The position numbers and the translations under genes were made by a program. The notes beneath the pieces were generated by a model, which saw only the letters and a program-made list of their open reading frames with translations, did no database searches and was not told the DNA's origin. DNA of 64,000 bases from a candidate division FCPU426 bacterium (GTDB taxonomy: Bacteria; Oederibacteriota; JAAXVQ01; JAUVAV01): positions 800,001 to 864,000 of the forward strand of contig JBFLYH010000001.1 in NCBI GenBank assembly GCA_040756875.1. Reading direction: 5' to 3'. Shown here in pieces: positions 21,595 to 30,798 of the stretch. How positions within the stretch are numbered: position 1 is the first letter of the stretch; each line of letters starts with the position of its first letter.

Positions 21595-21671
21595 CCAACT
21601 CAGCGTCCTATAGCGAGGCATTTTGTATAGGGAATGATTTCACATGGACTTCCAGCACTATTTACTGCGCA

Positions 21672-23435
21672 TCATTTGATTACTGCAAACTTAACGGAAG
21701 CTTTCAATACGCCATTCATTCGCACCCTAGCCAGATAAATGCCGCTTGCCACAGAATGGCAATCCCATAATAAATCCAGCTCCGGCCCCTGGGAGGCAGA
21801 ACCTCGCATTCCTGCGATCCGCTCTCCGGCCGGATTGAAAATATCTATGGTCACTTCGGCAGCTTGGGCTGTTTCTATGACAAAACGCACATGTTCCCGC
21901 GCGGGGTTGGGATAAACCAATATGCCATGAGCCCGCAGGAGATCGTCCGCCCGCGGATCGCGAGGCCAAACGGTACAGGTCTGTGTGACGGTTGGGCTGG
22001 CCGTGCTCAGAACGGTTGCGAAGGCCGAAGGACTTGCCGTTTGGGTTGGGGTTGAAGTAACAGTAGTGGTATCTGGCGGAGTTCCAGTCTCGGAAGCCGT
22101 GGCAGTGGACGTTACGGTGGAAGTGACGCTGGCAGTCCAGGTTGGAGTCGTCGTTGGAGTGGGTGTTGGGGTGGAGGTCATGGTCGGCGTCGAGGTGCTC
22201 GTGCCCGTTGCAGTTGTGGTAGCAGTCGGCGAAACGGTTGTTGTAGGCGTGGGCGTTGGAAAGGCATGGTGTTTGATATAAAGCCGAGCCGGAGCGCCTT
22301 CGCTCCAACCTGCGAAAAGGTAGTAATTGCCCTGGGCGAGACTGGGGTTCACGGCGGAAGCGTTGACATCGTAATTTAAATACGTCCCGTCCAGGGCCCA
22401 GCTGGAACCGTTATAATATTTGACGTAAATGAAGTTCTGGCCTGACCCGCTTTCTTGCCAGGCAACATATTGGGTGCCAGCATAGAAAACGGAGCTTGGA
22501 TTCGCCGCACTGCGGTTCACGTCTGCATTGAGATACGTCCCCCTGGAATACCAGGCGCCGCCGCTGTAGTATTTAACATAGACAGAGGTAGGACCGGCAA
22601 CCGTCTCCTCCTGCCAGGCCACAGCCGGGATTCCGCTGTCCGCGCAGATGCTCGGATTGGTCGCATTGCGGTTCGCATCCACATTGAGGAAGCTTCCGCA
22701 TGGTTGCCAGGAGGCGCCGTCATAGTACTTAACCCAGACGTGCTGGCGCAAACCATCGCTCTCCTGCCAGGCTACATAAGGCGTGCTGCCGCTGAATGCC
22801 AAGCTGGGATTGAGTGCGCTATAATTTGCATCGTAATTGAGGTAGCTTCCGCACAACTGCCATAAACCGCCTGAGTAGCGTTTCACATACAACCGGCTCG
22901 CGCCCGCAGTGGTCTCATTCCAAGCGACATAGGGCACGCCGCCGTTTACCGCCAGGCTGGGATTGGTCGCGGAACGGTTTGCATCCACATTGAGTTGAGC
23001 GCCCTGCGGTTGCCAGTTGAATCCATCGTAATACCTGACCCAGATTTTGTTGTTAATCCCATCGGTTTCCTGCCAGGCTATATACGGCGTACTGCCGTTA
23101 AACGCTAGGCTGGGATTGGCCGCACTGCGGTTAACGTCCTGGTTGAGCGAGCCCCCGCACGGCTGCCAACCGAAACCGTTGTAAAATCGCACATAGATTT
23201 GTTCGGCTGTGCCGTTGTTCTCTTGCCAAGCGACAAATGGGGTGGAGCTGTCAATAGATACGCTTGGTGCCAAAGCACTACGATTGACATCAATATTAAG
23301 GCTGCCATTGTCCGGAACCCAGGAAGCGCGAAGCAAACCAGGTGGAATCAGGAGTAAAAGGAAGGTAAAAATAAAAAAAAACCGCTTAAATCGGGGTTCC
23401 GTGCTACCATTTACACCATAATATCGAGATTGCAT
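21672..23435 (-). CDS. Secreted seven-repeat (beta-propeller-like) protein with Thr/Pro linker and T9SS type-A-like CTD
   Basis: Signal peptide; 7 repeats of about 51 aa (W..G..LN.D.NRSA.NPS..PYVAWQE..YVKYY); TPT tract; YPNP..FNPAG..ASGIY..KFAVIK. Confidence 0.85.
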   Translation of the reverse strand: MQSRYYGVNGSTEPRFKRFFFIFTFLLLLIPPGLLRASWVPDNGSLNIDVNRSALAPSVSIDSSTPFVAWQENNGTAEQIYVRFYNGFGWQPCGGSLNQDVNRSAANPSLAFNGSTPYIAWQETDGINNKIWVRYYDGFNWQPQGAQLNVDANRSATNPSLAVNGGVPYVAWNETTAGASRLYVKRYSGGLWQLCGSYLNYDANYSALNPSLAFSGSTPYVAWQESDGLRQHVWVKYYDGASWQPCGSFLNVDANRNATNPSICADSGIPAVAWQEETVAGPTSVYVKYYSGGAWYSRGTYLNADVNRSAANPSSVFYAGTQYVAWQESGSGQNFIYVKYYNGSSWALDGTYLNYDVNASAVNPSLAQGNYYLFAGWSEGAPARLYIKHHAFPTPTPTTTVSPTATTTATGTSTSTPTMTSTPTPTPTTTPTWTASVTSTVTSTATASETGTPPDTTTVTSTPTQTASPSAFATVLSTASPTVTQTCTVWPRDPRADDLLRAHGILVYPNPAREHVRFVIETAQAAEVTIDIFNPAGERIAGMRGSASQGPELDLLWDCHSVASGIYLARVRMNGVLKASVKFAVIK

Positions 23436-23530
23436 TGGAATTCCTTTCCAGAGGATTCCATTTAATACCCATTTATATCGGCTGGCAACAGATTTCTGAA
23501 CACTTCTATGGCAGCGGGCGGTAAAGCAGC

Positions 23531-25516
23531 ATGGAAGCACCATCAAATAGCCTCCTCAAAACCAATCCTTTCCTAACCGTGGTCTATGTCACTACTGCGG
23601 CACTCCTGCTCTTCGGATTATTTCTGCAGCCCATTCAGGATCCGGACGTTTATATCCATTTGCGGGACGGAAAAGAATGGGTGGATTCCGGGTTTACGCC
23701 GGGAGCAGATCCTTTCACTTTTACCCTAGGCGAGCACCATTCCGCTGAAAAAGTCGAATGGCTGTTCCGGATACTGCTGTACTCCGTGTGGCAGGCCGGA
23801 GGCCTGACCGCGCTCATCCTGCTTAAAGCACTGATCATGACCCTTTCGGTCCTGGGCCTAGGGGCATTACTCTGGCGCCAATGGCCGAATTTATTCGTGG
23901 TCAGTATCCTGCTGGGTTTGGGTTTGCTTGCTCCCGGTCTGCCGGTTTTTGATCCCCGACCCTGGCTGGTGACTTATCCCTGTTTGATTCTCAGCCTATG
24001 GCTCCTGGAAAACGTCCGGGAAGAGTTTATCCAAACTCCATTTCGCAAATGGCGATATATACTGTTTTTTCCCGCACTGACGGTTTTTTGGGTTAATTGC
24101 CACCCGGGCTTTGTCCTACTGCCGGTCGTATTGGGCGCAGAATGTGCCGAAGCACTCTGGCACTATGCGGTCAAACGGTCCAAAACCGCCCGCCGCCACA
24201 TGCTTTTCGCAAGCGGATTATTGCTGGCGGTTATCCTCGCAGGCGCCGCGAATCCCCTCGGATTTAATATTTACACCTGGGTGCTCAGTATTCCTTTTAA
24301 TCCCCTCTTGACCACGACCATCGTCGAATGGCTGCCGCCGGAGCTTGTGCGCAAACCATTTTTCTTCCTGATTTTGGCTTCATTTTGGATAGGGGCGCTC
24401 GTCGCGTGGCGCCGCGTGCGCTTGCGCGACGTGTTGTTGTTGGCACTTTTCTCATTTCTGGCCGTGAAATCACGCCGCCAAATAGGCGTGTTCATCATCC
24501 TGGTGCTTCCGCCACTGACGGCTCTGCTGCATCTGATTTCCAAACGTTTTCATCCGCTTTTTTCTCGCCCAGATTCGTGGCGCCGTATCAGCTTAAGTGC
24601 TTCTGCTGCCGGGCTGCTTTTGGCAGCCATTCTAGGCGCGGTTCAGGGCTGGGCCTTCAGAACGGGCGAGAACTTCGAAGCCTACCCATCGGCAGCCCTG
24701 GCCTGGCTGCAACAGGAAAATAAAACCGGCCGCCTTTTTTGCCCCTTGCACTGGGGCGGATTTGTCGGCTGGAAGGCAAAAGGATGTTTTACGATTTTTC
24801 TCGACGGCCGGCTGCCCGAATACCCGCAACCCCTTTACCAGGATTACCTAGATATATACTACGGCAAACCCGGACGCGCACTCAATTTGCTGCAGGATTG
24901 GCGCGTGCAAATCCTCTTGCTCTCCCCTCACGACGATCCTGCTCTCTTTCGGGAACTTGCTCTTTCTCGCCATTGGAATTTGGTTTATTGGGACCACACA
25001 GCCGAAGTTTTCCTGCCAACCGAGGGATCACACGAGGAGTGGATGCAAGCGCACGCCTATCGTTACCTTGATCCCAACAGCCAGCCGTTTTTCGATCCCA
25101 ACCACCCAGACCTGGCTTATGCCGAAGCGCGACGTGCCATCCATGCGGCACCAGAATCTTATCTCCCCTACTATTTTGCCGGAAATCTCCTGGTGCGCGC
25201 CGCCGAATTGTCCGCAGCGCAAAAGCCGTTGCAGACTGCCATTGCCCTGGAACCTACATACGCCTACGCGCTGTTTGATTTGGCCTTTATTGCCTGGCGG
25301 CAATCCCGTTCTCCAGAGGCCGAAACCTACGCCCGCCGTGTCCTCCAACACAGCCAAAATCGGATGTTGAGCGCAAAAACCCACATGCTACTGGCGGAGA
25401 TTCTCGAGTCTCAGCCGCGACGGCGCTCTGAAGCCAGACGCCAAGCCCGTCTGGCCAAGCAAAAAGATCCAGCTTTAAACGGAATCGACGAACTCATTGA
25501 AAGGCTGTCGCACTGA
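23531..25516 (+). CDS. Polytopic membrane protein, GT-C glycosyltransferase-like, with C-terminal TPR
   Basis: DPDVYIHLRDG, DPFTFT, EWLF, WVNCHPG, IVEWLP, WGGFVGW, FLDGR motifs; TPR tail. Confidence 0.7.
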   Translation: MEAPSNSLLKTNPFLTVVYVTTAALLLFGLFLQPIQDPDVYIHLRDGKEWVDSGFTPGADPFTFTLGEHHSAEKVEWLFRILLYSVWQAGGLTALILLKALIMTLSVLGLGALLWRQWPNLFVVSILLGLGLLAPGLPVFDPRPWLVTYPCLILSLWLLENVREEFIQTPFRKWRYILFFPALTVFWVNCHPGFVLLPVVLGAECAEALWHYAVKRSKTARRHMLFASGLLLAVILAGAANPLGFNIYTWVLSIPFNPLLTTTIVEWLPPELVRKPFFFLILASFWIGALVAWRRVRLRDVLLLALFSFLAVKSRRQIGVFIILVLPPLTALLHLISKRFHPLFSRPDSWRRISLSASAAGLLLAAILGAVQGWAFRTGENFEAYPSAALAWLQQENKTGRLFCPLHWGGFVGWKAKGCFTIFLDGRLPEYPQPLYQDYLDIYYGKPGRALNLLQDWRVQILLLSPHDDPALFRELALSRHWNLVYWDHTAEVFLPTEGSHEEWMQAHAYRYLDPNSQPFFDPNHPDLAYAEARRAIHAAPESYLPYYFAGNLLVRAAELSAAQKPLQTAIALEPTYAYALFDLAFIAWRQSRSPEAETYARRVLQHSQNRMLSAKTHMLLAEILESQPRRRSEARRQARLAKQKDPALNGIDELIERLSH

Positions 25517-25615
25517 ACCGGCTTCCGTCCTCCCATTCGAGTGAATAACCCTCATTTCCCCAGGTTGCCTTGCTGGCCCAAGTGAATCAAAACGCATATT
25601 TTGGAGGACAATAAC

Positions 25616-25647
25616 AAAAAACCCCTGCGCCTTTCGACGCAGGGGTT
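25616..25647 (-). terminator. Intrinsic terminator
   Basis: A-run then ACCCCTGCG..CGCAGGGGT hairpin between convergent genes. Confidence 0.7.
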
Positions 25648-25699
25648 GATTATTAATCCTTAATTATGCCGCCCGGTTTTCGGGGGGGCCGAATGCCGT

Positions 25700-26221
25700 T
25701 TACCACCTGTCAAATACCCATATCAATGCAGCCGCAATAATGAAAAAGACCGCCAACCCAAAAGTAAATAAAATGCCGATTATATCGCAGCCCTTGATTA
25801 ATACCGCCTGTCTTGGATAGTCTGGTTGATAATAGACGGTCACCTGATCGCCGGCAGGATATACGGCAATCAGACCGCGGCGGGAGAACACCATGCCGAA
25901 TTGAATCCGTTCCCCTCGATACTCTTGGCCGTCGACCGTATAGGTGTAGGCTATTTTGGGATAAGCCGTCTTCACACTCCCGCCGGTTCTGCCGCCGTAT
26001 GCCAAATTTTGCGATATCACGTTTTTAGCATCCGCGACCATACCGGTCGTGCTCGGCCATTTTTCAGTCCATATACCGCGCACATATTGCGTAACGCCCA
26101 GATAGATTTCATACCCGGCCAGCAGCAAGCAGAGGGTCATCAACATTCTCGAAACAAACGACGACTCTGACATTGCATACTTCTCATTTTGGCTGGTATT
26201 GTTTTCAGGGTTCTCTTTCAT
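25700..26221 (-). CDS. DUF3592-domain membrane protein
   Basis: TM, WPSTTG, YTYTVDGQEY, GDQVTVYYQPDYP, TM. Confidence 0.8.
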   Translation of the reverse strand: MKENPENNTSQNEKYAMSESSFVSRMLMTLCLLLAGYEIYLGVTQYVRGIWTEKWPSTTGMVADAKNVISQNLAYGGRTGGSVKTAYPKIAYTYTVDGQEYRGERIQFGMVFSRRGLIAVYPAGDQVTVYYQPDYPRQAVLIKGCDIIGILFTFGLAVFFIIAAALIWVFDRW

Positions 26222-26344
26222 GACCTTCTCTCCACATAACGAGGCCGGTTGCTTCTAGGTTGTTTGCATTTTACAAATTGTAGTATGGGTTAAAAAGAAT
26301 TGGCAAGGTCATTTTGATTGGAAGACTGTTCGACGATTGATAAA

Positions 26345-26506
26345 AAGCAAAACCCCCGCAGGATTTCTCCCGCAGGGGCTTTGGTATTATAATTCCGGCG
26401 ACGTCCTAACACGTTCGCCGCGCAGCGGCAGTAAATGTGTCACTATTTCATCTCGTGTCATGACGCCGCGTATTCCAGCGGCGGAATTCTTCCCACGCAG
26501 TTGCCC
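26345..26506 (-). repeat. Terminator-like hairpin plus two degenerate 5S rRNA 3'-end fragments
   Basis: AATTCCGGCGACGTCCTA (26391) and ATTCCAGCGGCG..TTCCCACGCAGTTGCCC (26472) match 5S end AATTCCGGCGGCGTCCTACTTTCCCACACAGTTACCC at 31217. Confidence 0.8.
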
Positions 26507-26525
26507 AAATTTCGACTTTGTTAAC

Positions 26526-26843
26526 AAGTTGACTCCGGCCCCATTCATGATACCGCGTCTTCTGAATATAGTTTTACATCATTCCACGTCCGGTTCGGCA
26601 ATTGGCCTGATATCACTCTCCCCTTTCAACTTTCAAATGATGACAGGTTGTATAGACCAGGGATCAAGGGGAGTTGCGAAGTTGTTAATTCAATTCCAGC
26701 GGCGGAATTCGTTCCATGCAGTTGTCCGAATTTCGACTTAAGTTAATAAGTTAACTCCGGCCCCGTTCAAATATTTCCGGAGGTTAACTAGTTATTTTAA
26801 TTACGTCCCCTACCCACACATAAGTTAACTCCGGCCCCGTTCA
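26526..26843. repeat. Three copies of the 22-bp motif AAGTTRACTCCGGCCCCRTTCA
   Basis: Copies at 26526, 26748 and 26822. Confidence 0.85.
26615..26704. repeat. About 90-bp degenerate direct repeat, copy 1 (copy 2 at 28891-28981), ending in a 5S-end fragment
   Basis: ACTCTCC..ACTTTCAAA.GATG.CAGG.TGTATAGA..GGGATCAAGGGG..AGTTGCGAAGTTG..ATTCAATTCC in both copies. Confidence 0.8.
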
Positions 26844-26948
26844 TGTGGCAGTTTGGGACGCAATTAAAATAACCATTTAATTATCTAATGACCACGTTAG
26901 TATAATTATGCGGAGGCTAACTAGTTATTTTAATTACGTCCCCTACCC
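26844..26948. repeat. 105-bp MITE/REPIN-like element, copy 1
   Basis: Identical to 28718-28822; internal 19-bp inverted repeat GGGACGCAATTAAAATAAC / GTTATTTTAATTACGTCCC; partial third copy at 26778-26817. Confidence 0.88.
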
Positions 26949-27025
26949 CCCATTTTCATTTTGCGCCTATCTTTTTTGCGTTTATTTTGAAAGCCTATTA
27001 AATTGCGCGATTTAACCGCCTAATT

Positions 27026-27261
27026 TGAATTCAAATTAAAAAAAGCCCCCGGAAATCACCCTGGGGCTTTTTTTTAATTTAAATTCCGACGGCGTCCTAA
27101 CATGTTAACTGCGAAGCAGTTGCGGAGCAGAATTGTAATGTTATTCTCACCTTCCATGTCATGACGCCGCATTCTTCGGCGGCAGAATTCTTCCCACGGA
27201 GTTGCCCACGCAGTTATCCCCACGCAGAATCATCGGCTCCGAGGGGCTTAACGACCACGTT
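27026..27261 (-). pseudogene. Duplicated rrn terminator plus degenerate 3' portion of 5S rRNA
   Basis: 27026-27099 closely matches 31162-31234; 27174-27261 contains GCAGAATCATCGGCTCCGAGGGGCTTAACGACC versus 5S GCAGTATCATCGGCTCTGAGGGGCTTAACGACC. Confidence 0.85.
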
Positions 27262-27288
27262 AGGGTTGCTTCTCACCTCCAGGTTTCG

Positions 27289-27849
27289 TCATCGCTTGAT
27301 CTTTCGATCTGCGCTACGTCTTTTTGAAGACTTTTTTATTCGCTTTGCTTGTAGATCGTTTTCAAGTAACTTAAGGAGCGCAGTATTAAATTTCCGCTCA
27401 ATTTCATCCGTGTTAATTTTTTCACTAAACCCGATTTGCGCAACTTTTTCTTCCATAAATTGGCCATCCTTCTGAATATGTCGAACAACTAAATCAAGAG
27501 GAGGGCAACGATCACCCTTTTTACCGCCCTCTGAGTGCGCATTAATAATGGCGGCAATAAGATCAATGATGCTTTTCGCAAGAGAGATTCCAGCAGTAGT
27601 TAATGCTAAATAAACAAGAATTTCCGGGCCACTTTCATGCTCTTCAAACTGAAATGTAGTTTGGTCTGGCGTTAACGCGTTTAAGAATTTATCAATTTCG
27701 GCATATGCATAAGGCGCATGTTGCCTATGAAAACATCCTACTTTAACGCGAAGTTTGATCGAGACTGTTATATAATTTTCAGGGACAGAGTAAGCACGCT
27801 CAAAATCAAGCATACGTTTCTTAAATACGCCGTTCCAGGTTGATTCCAT
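27289..27849 (-). CDS. Hypothetical protein (AT-rich cargo)
   Basis: 186-aa ORF from MEST with GAGG RBS; GCFHRQH and EEHESGPE motifs; no family recognised. Confidence 0.7.
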   Translation of the reverse strand: MESTWNGVFKKRMLDFERAYSVPENYITVSIKLRVKVGCFHRQHAPYAYAEIDKFLNALTPDQTTFQFEEHESGPEILVYLALTTAGISLAKSIIDLIAAIINAHSEGGKKGDRCPPLDLVVRHIQKDGQFMEEKVAQIGFSEKINTDEIERKFNTALLKLLENDLQAKRIKKSSKRRSADRKIKR

Positions 27850-27949
27850 TTTTTCGCCTCGCTTCGCGTGAAAAAATGATTCAAACACCTGCAAGCATTT
27901 AAAATTATAGGTTTTCTTTCATAATTTGGAAAGGGGATTTCGAATATAA

Positions 27950-28717
27950 TGTAAAGCCAAAGTAAGAATGTCCGGTTTCTACCAAAATAGAAATATCCGG
28001 TTTTAGCCTGCCAATGCCAGCTTGCCTCCGGAGGCGATTCTCAGTTTGTAAGTCGCCTCTTTCCAAGGATGTGAGTCAGCTGCCGGGCGCTTTACTTGGC
28101 GCAATCGTGGGCGTGCTTGAGCCAACGGAACCGCAGTCAACTCGAGACGCTTCGCCAATTTTTTATAGGGAACGATCCGCTCCCCTGACACGATTCGCAT
28201 TTTGCCGTTGCATTGCTCTTGTACCTCTGCTTTTCCGCCCGTGCGGCGGCCCATCAGTTGATACCATTGCCCGCGATGCACGATGGTGCCGTCTTTGCGC
28301 ACTGGATGCTCCGTTCTGACGCTTAAAATCGCATTCAAATCCGTCCCGGCGGCTAGCGGACGATGAAAGTCTTCGGGTTCCATGGCGGCCACACTAAAGC
28401 GCTGGTTGTGATTTTTCCAGTATTCCTCCAAAAAACGGTTGGCTTCCTCAAGCGTGCTGATATTCCTCAGCCTCAGTTCCTTGACTAGCCGGTCTTGATC
28501 GGTTCTAAACGACCGCTCGATTCTTCCCTTGGCCGGCGCCGAGTGTGCATGAATGACCCGGATGCCTAGCCGTTCGGCCGCTTTTTCAAACTCGCTCTGC
28601 GCTTTTTGGTTTTCCAGCTCTTCCCGCACGGTCTCTCGACGCTTGGCCTGGTACGTTCCATGCCGGTCCACATAAATAGAACCCGGTATACCGTTGCGCC
28701 TTATATACCGTTTGAGT
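27950..28717 (-). mobile_element. Truncated IS1202-group (ISNCY / IS481-like) insertion sequence, 3' half
   Basis: YVDRHG, AHSAPAKGRIERSFRTDQDRLVKELRL DDE segment (ORF 28003-28737); end TGT at 27950 with two subterminal AATRTCCGGTTT repeats; N-terminus replaced by the 105-bp element. Confidence 0.85.
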
Positions 28718-28822
28718 TGTGGCAGTTTGGGACGCAATTAAAATAACCATTTAATTATCTAATGACCACGTTAGTATAATTATGCGGAGGCTAACTAGTT
28801 ATTTTAATTACGTCCCCTACCC
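28718..28822. repeat. 105-bp MITE/REPIN-like element, copy 2
   Basis: Identical to 26844-26948; sits where the transposase similarity ends. Confidence 0.88.
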
Positions 28823-29054
28823 ACGCAATGTGGGCAGCAGAGCATTTGAGAGGCGACAGGAGAGAGTGGATAACACCTCAAATGCGGTCTACTCTCCACT
28901 ATCTACTTTCAAAGGATGTCAGGATGTATAGATCGGGGATCAAGGGGGAGTTGCGAAGTTGCAGATTCAATTCCGACGGCGTCCTTACGCGCAACAGCAG
29001 CGAAGTTGACTAGGATTAAGTATGGTGTCCCCGTAATTAAGCGAGAGATCAATT

Positions 29055-29717
29055 TCAAGGTCGCTTAAATAAATTTACTATAATCGTTATTGCAGCGCCA
29101 ATTATCGCGCCAATTATAATTTTAATAATGTCATCTTTTTGCCTGATAACAAAATTTTTACTCTCGTGAGATTTAATTAATTCCAACCTAGAGAAGAAAC
29201 CCATTTGCATGAAAATTGACAATAAAAAGCTTAATGACGAACTTAGAAATAATGGTAAAACAACACACAATCTAACAACGCGATTAGGTATCCAAGCCTT
29301 AATTATATCAACGGGAATTATAATTATTAAGAATAATAATAGGGTATATGAAACCCCTACCACAATAGGATTTAATATGCGGCTAATTAATATCCTTCTC
29401 CTTTTTAATATCGCCATTATTTTCTCAAATGCATAAAATGCATTTTTATCTGAAACCGAACCATACAGCCACACATTAGTTTTGCTCACATCCAAAGATA
29501 TATAATAAGGCGTATATACCCTTATAGCAATTTTAGGTGGCGTTATACCTCTGGTGGATATTAATTCTTCAAGCGAACTATATCTGTTCTCACCATCTTC
29601 TATTATAACTTCAGGTGACATCTCAGACAGAAGGCTAATTATTTCCTCGACGTCATCCTTAAATAACTTTACCGTAAAACAGTGCACACCCTTTGTTTTG
29701 TTGGTTATTTTTTCCAT
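29055..29717 (-). CDS. Hypothetical membrane protein (very AT-rich)
   Basis: 220-aa ORF; soluble N-terminal domain plus about 3 C-terminal hydrophobic segments. Confidence 0.75.
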   Translation of the reverse strand: MEKITNKTKGVHCFTVKLFKDDVEEIISLLSEMSPEVIIEDGENRYSSLEELISTRGITPPKIAIRVYTPYYISLDVSKTNVWLYGSVSDKNAFYAFEKIMAILKRRRILISRILNPIVVGVSYTLLLFLIIIIPVDIIKAWIPNRVVRLCVVLPLFLSSSLSFLLSIFMQMGFFSRLELIKSHESKNFVIRQKDDIIKIIIGAIIGAAITIIVNLFKRP

Positions 29718-29805
29718 TGCATGTTCCCTTGTTTTTATAATATTTGTGCCTAAGTGGAGTTCCTCAAAAGCACTGCACTACCGTTCTTGACCCCAAGATG
29801 CCGTA

Positions 29806-30606
29806 CTACTTCTTTAGTTTCGCACATTCTTTACAATATGGACGTTGCCTACTAGTATCTATTTGTTTATCTCGCGAAAATACCTTATTACATTCTCCAC
29901 AATTGTAAGTATATCGTCCATGAATTAGTTCCTTAATGTGATCCTGGAAATAAAAGGGGGCGATGTCAAACTGAAATTCAGATAGCGAAAAAGATGTTTG
30001 ACGATTTTCAGCCTTCAATTCGTCCGGGTGCGAGGTAGCAACAATAACATTACGTGTATATTCGGGATAGGCAATTTTAATAGCCGGTAAAACATCAGAA
30101 TCACCGGTTACTATTACATGATAATCTTCATGTCTTGTTATTGCATATTTAATTAACAGGGCAACAACGGTTGTATCTACCTGTTTTTCTTGATAGGTAT
30201 GCTCAACCCACCTTTCAAACATATATTTCTTTAATATCGGTCTATAGATCGCCTGATCTGAATATCCCGCATTTATAGCGTGGTGCGTAAATTTTTGTCT
30301 GGCATCTATACCTTTTTTCAGATTTGAAATATTATCCTTGGAATATTTTCCATCAGAAAATAACAACCATTGTTCTATTTCTTTTACCGAAGGCCAAGTA
30401 AATATCGAAGTGCTAATAAACCTATCGCCCAATTCAGCACATCCCGGATCAATGTGATTAATATAATTTAATAAAGTCTGGTCAAATTTCTTAAAATTGA
30501 ATGGGAAGAATATGTCTGGCGTTTCCGTTTTCCTCGCCAAAACTTTATTTGGTGCACAAATCCTAAATAACCAAGAACCATCTACATAGGTATTTATTCT
30601 GCTCAT
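29806..30606 (-). CDS. NYN/LabA (PIN-like) nuclease with C-terminal CxxC-x18-CxxC Zn finger
   Basis: YVDGSW, EKQVDT, VTGDSDVLPAI acidic motifs; CGEC..CKEC. Confidence 0.82.
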   Translation of the reverse strand: MSRINTYVDGSWLFRICAPNKVLARKTETPDIFFPFNFKKFDQTLLNYINHIDPGCAELGDRFISTSIFTWPSVKEIEQWLLFSDGKYSKDNISNLKKGIDARQKFTHHAINAGYSDQAIYRPILKKYMFERWVEHTYQEKQVDTTVVALLIKYAITRHEDYHVIVTGDSDVLPAIKIAYPEYTRNVIVATSHPDELKAENRQTSFSLSEFQFDIAPFYFQDHIKELIHGRYTYNCGECNKVFSRDKQIDTSRQRPYCKECAKLKK

Positions 30607-30798
30607 CTCAACCCCCTTCGGCGCCCGTAGCATTCTTCGTTCAAAACAAGGTACCAGGCACCCGGAAATATTGGAATTATAGGCGTTACTATGCGGCTTG
30701 AAAAGGGAAATTCGGGGATATTCAACAATCTTAAAGGGATTCTCAAAAAACGCGGAGTTTCCTCCGCAGGGGCTTTAATACAGATAAGAATAAAGTAC

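Noticed and set aside
23385-23475. c-di-GMP-I riboswitch-like words on the minus strand (GGAAAG stem, ATGCAA, ATGGTAGC, CCGA)
   Set aside because: They overlap the most plausible start codon and lack convincing P1 and GGCAAA elements; an Rfam search would be needed.
26340-29040. CRISPR array
   Set aside because: Repeats differ in length and sequence, spacing is irregular, several derive from 5S rRNA, and no cas genes are in the window.
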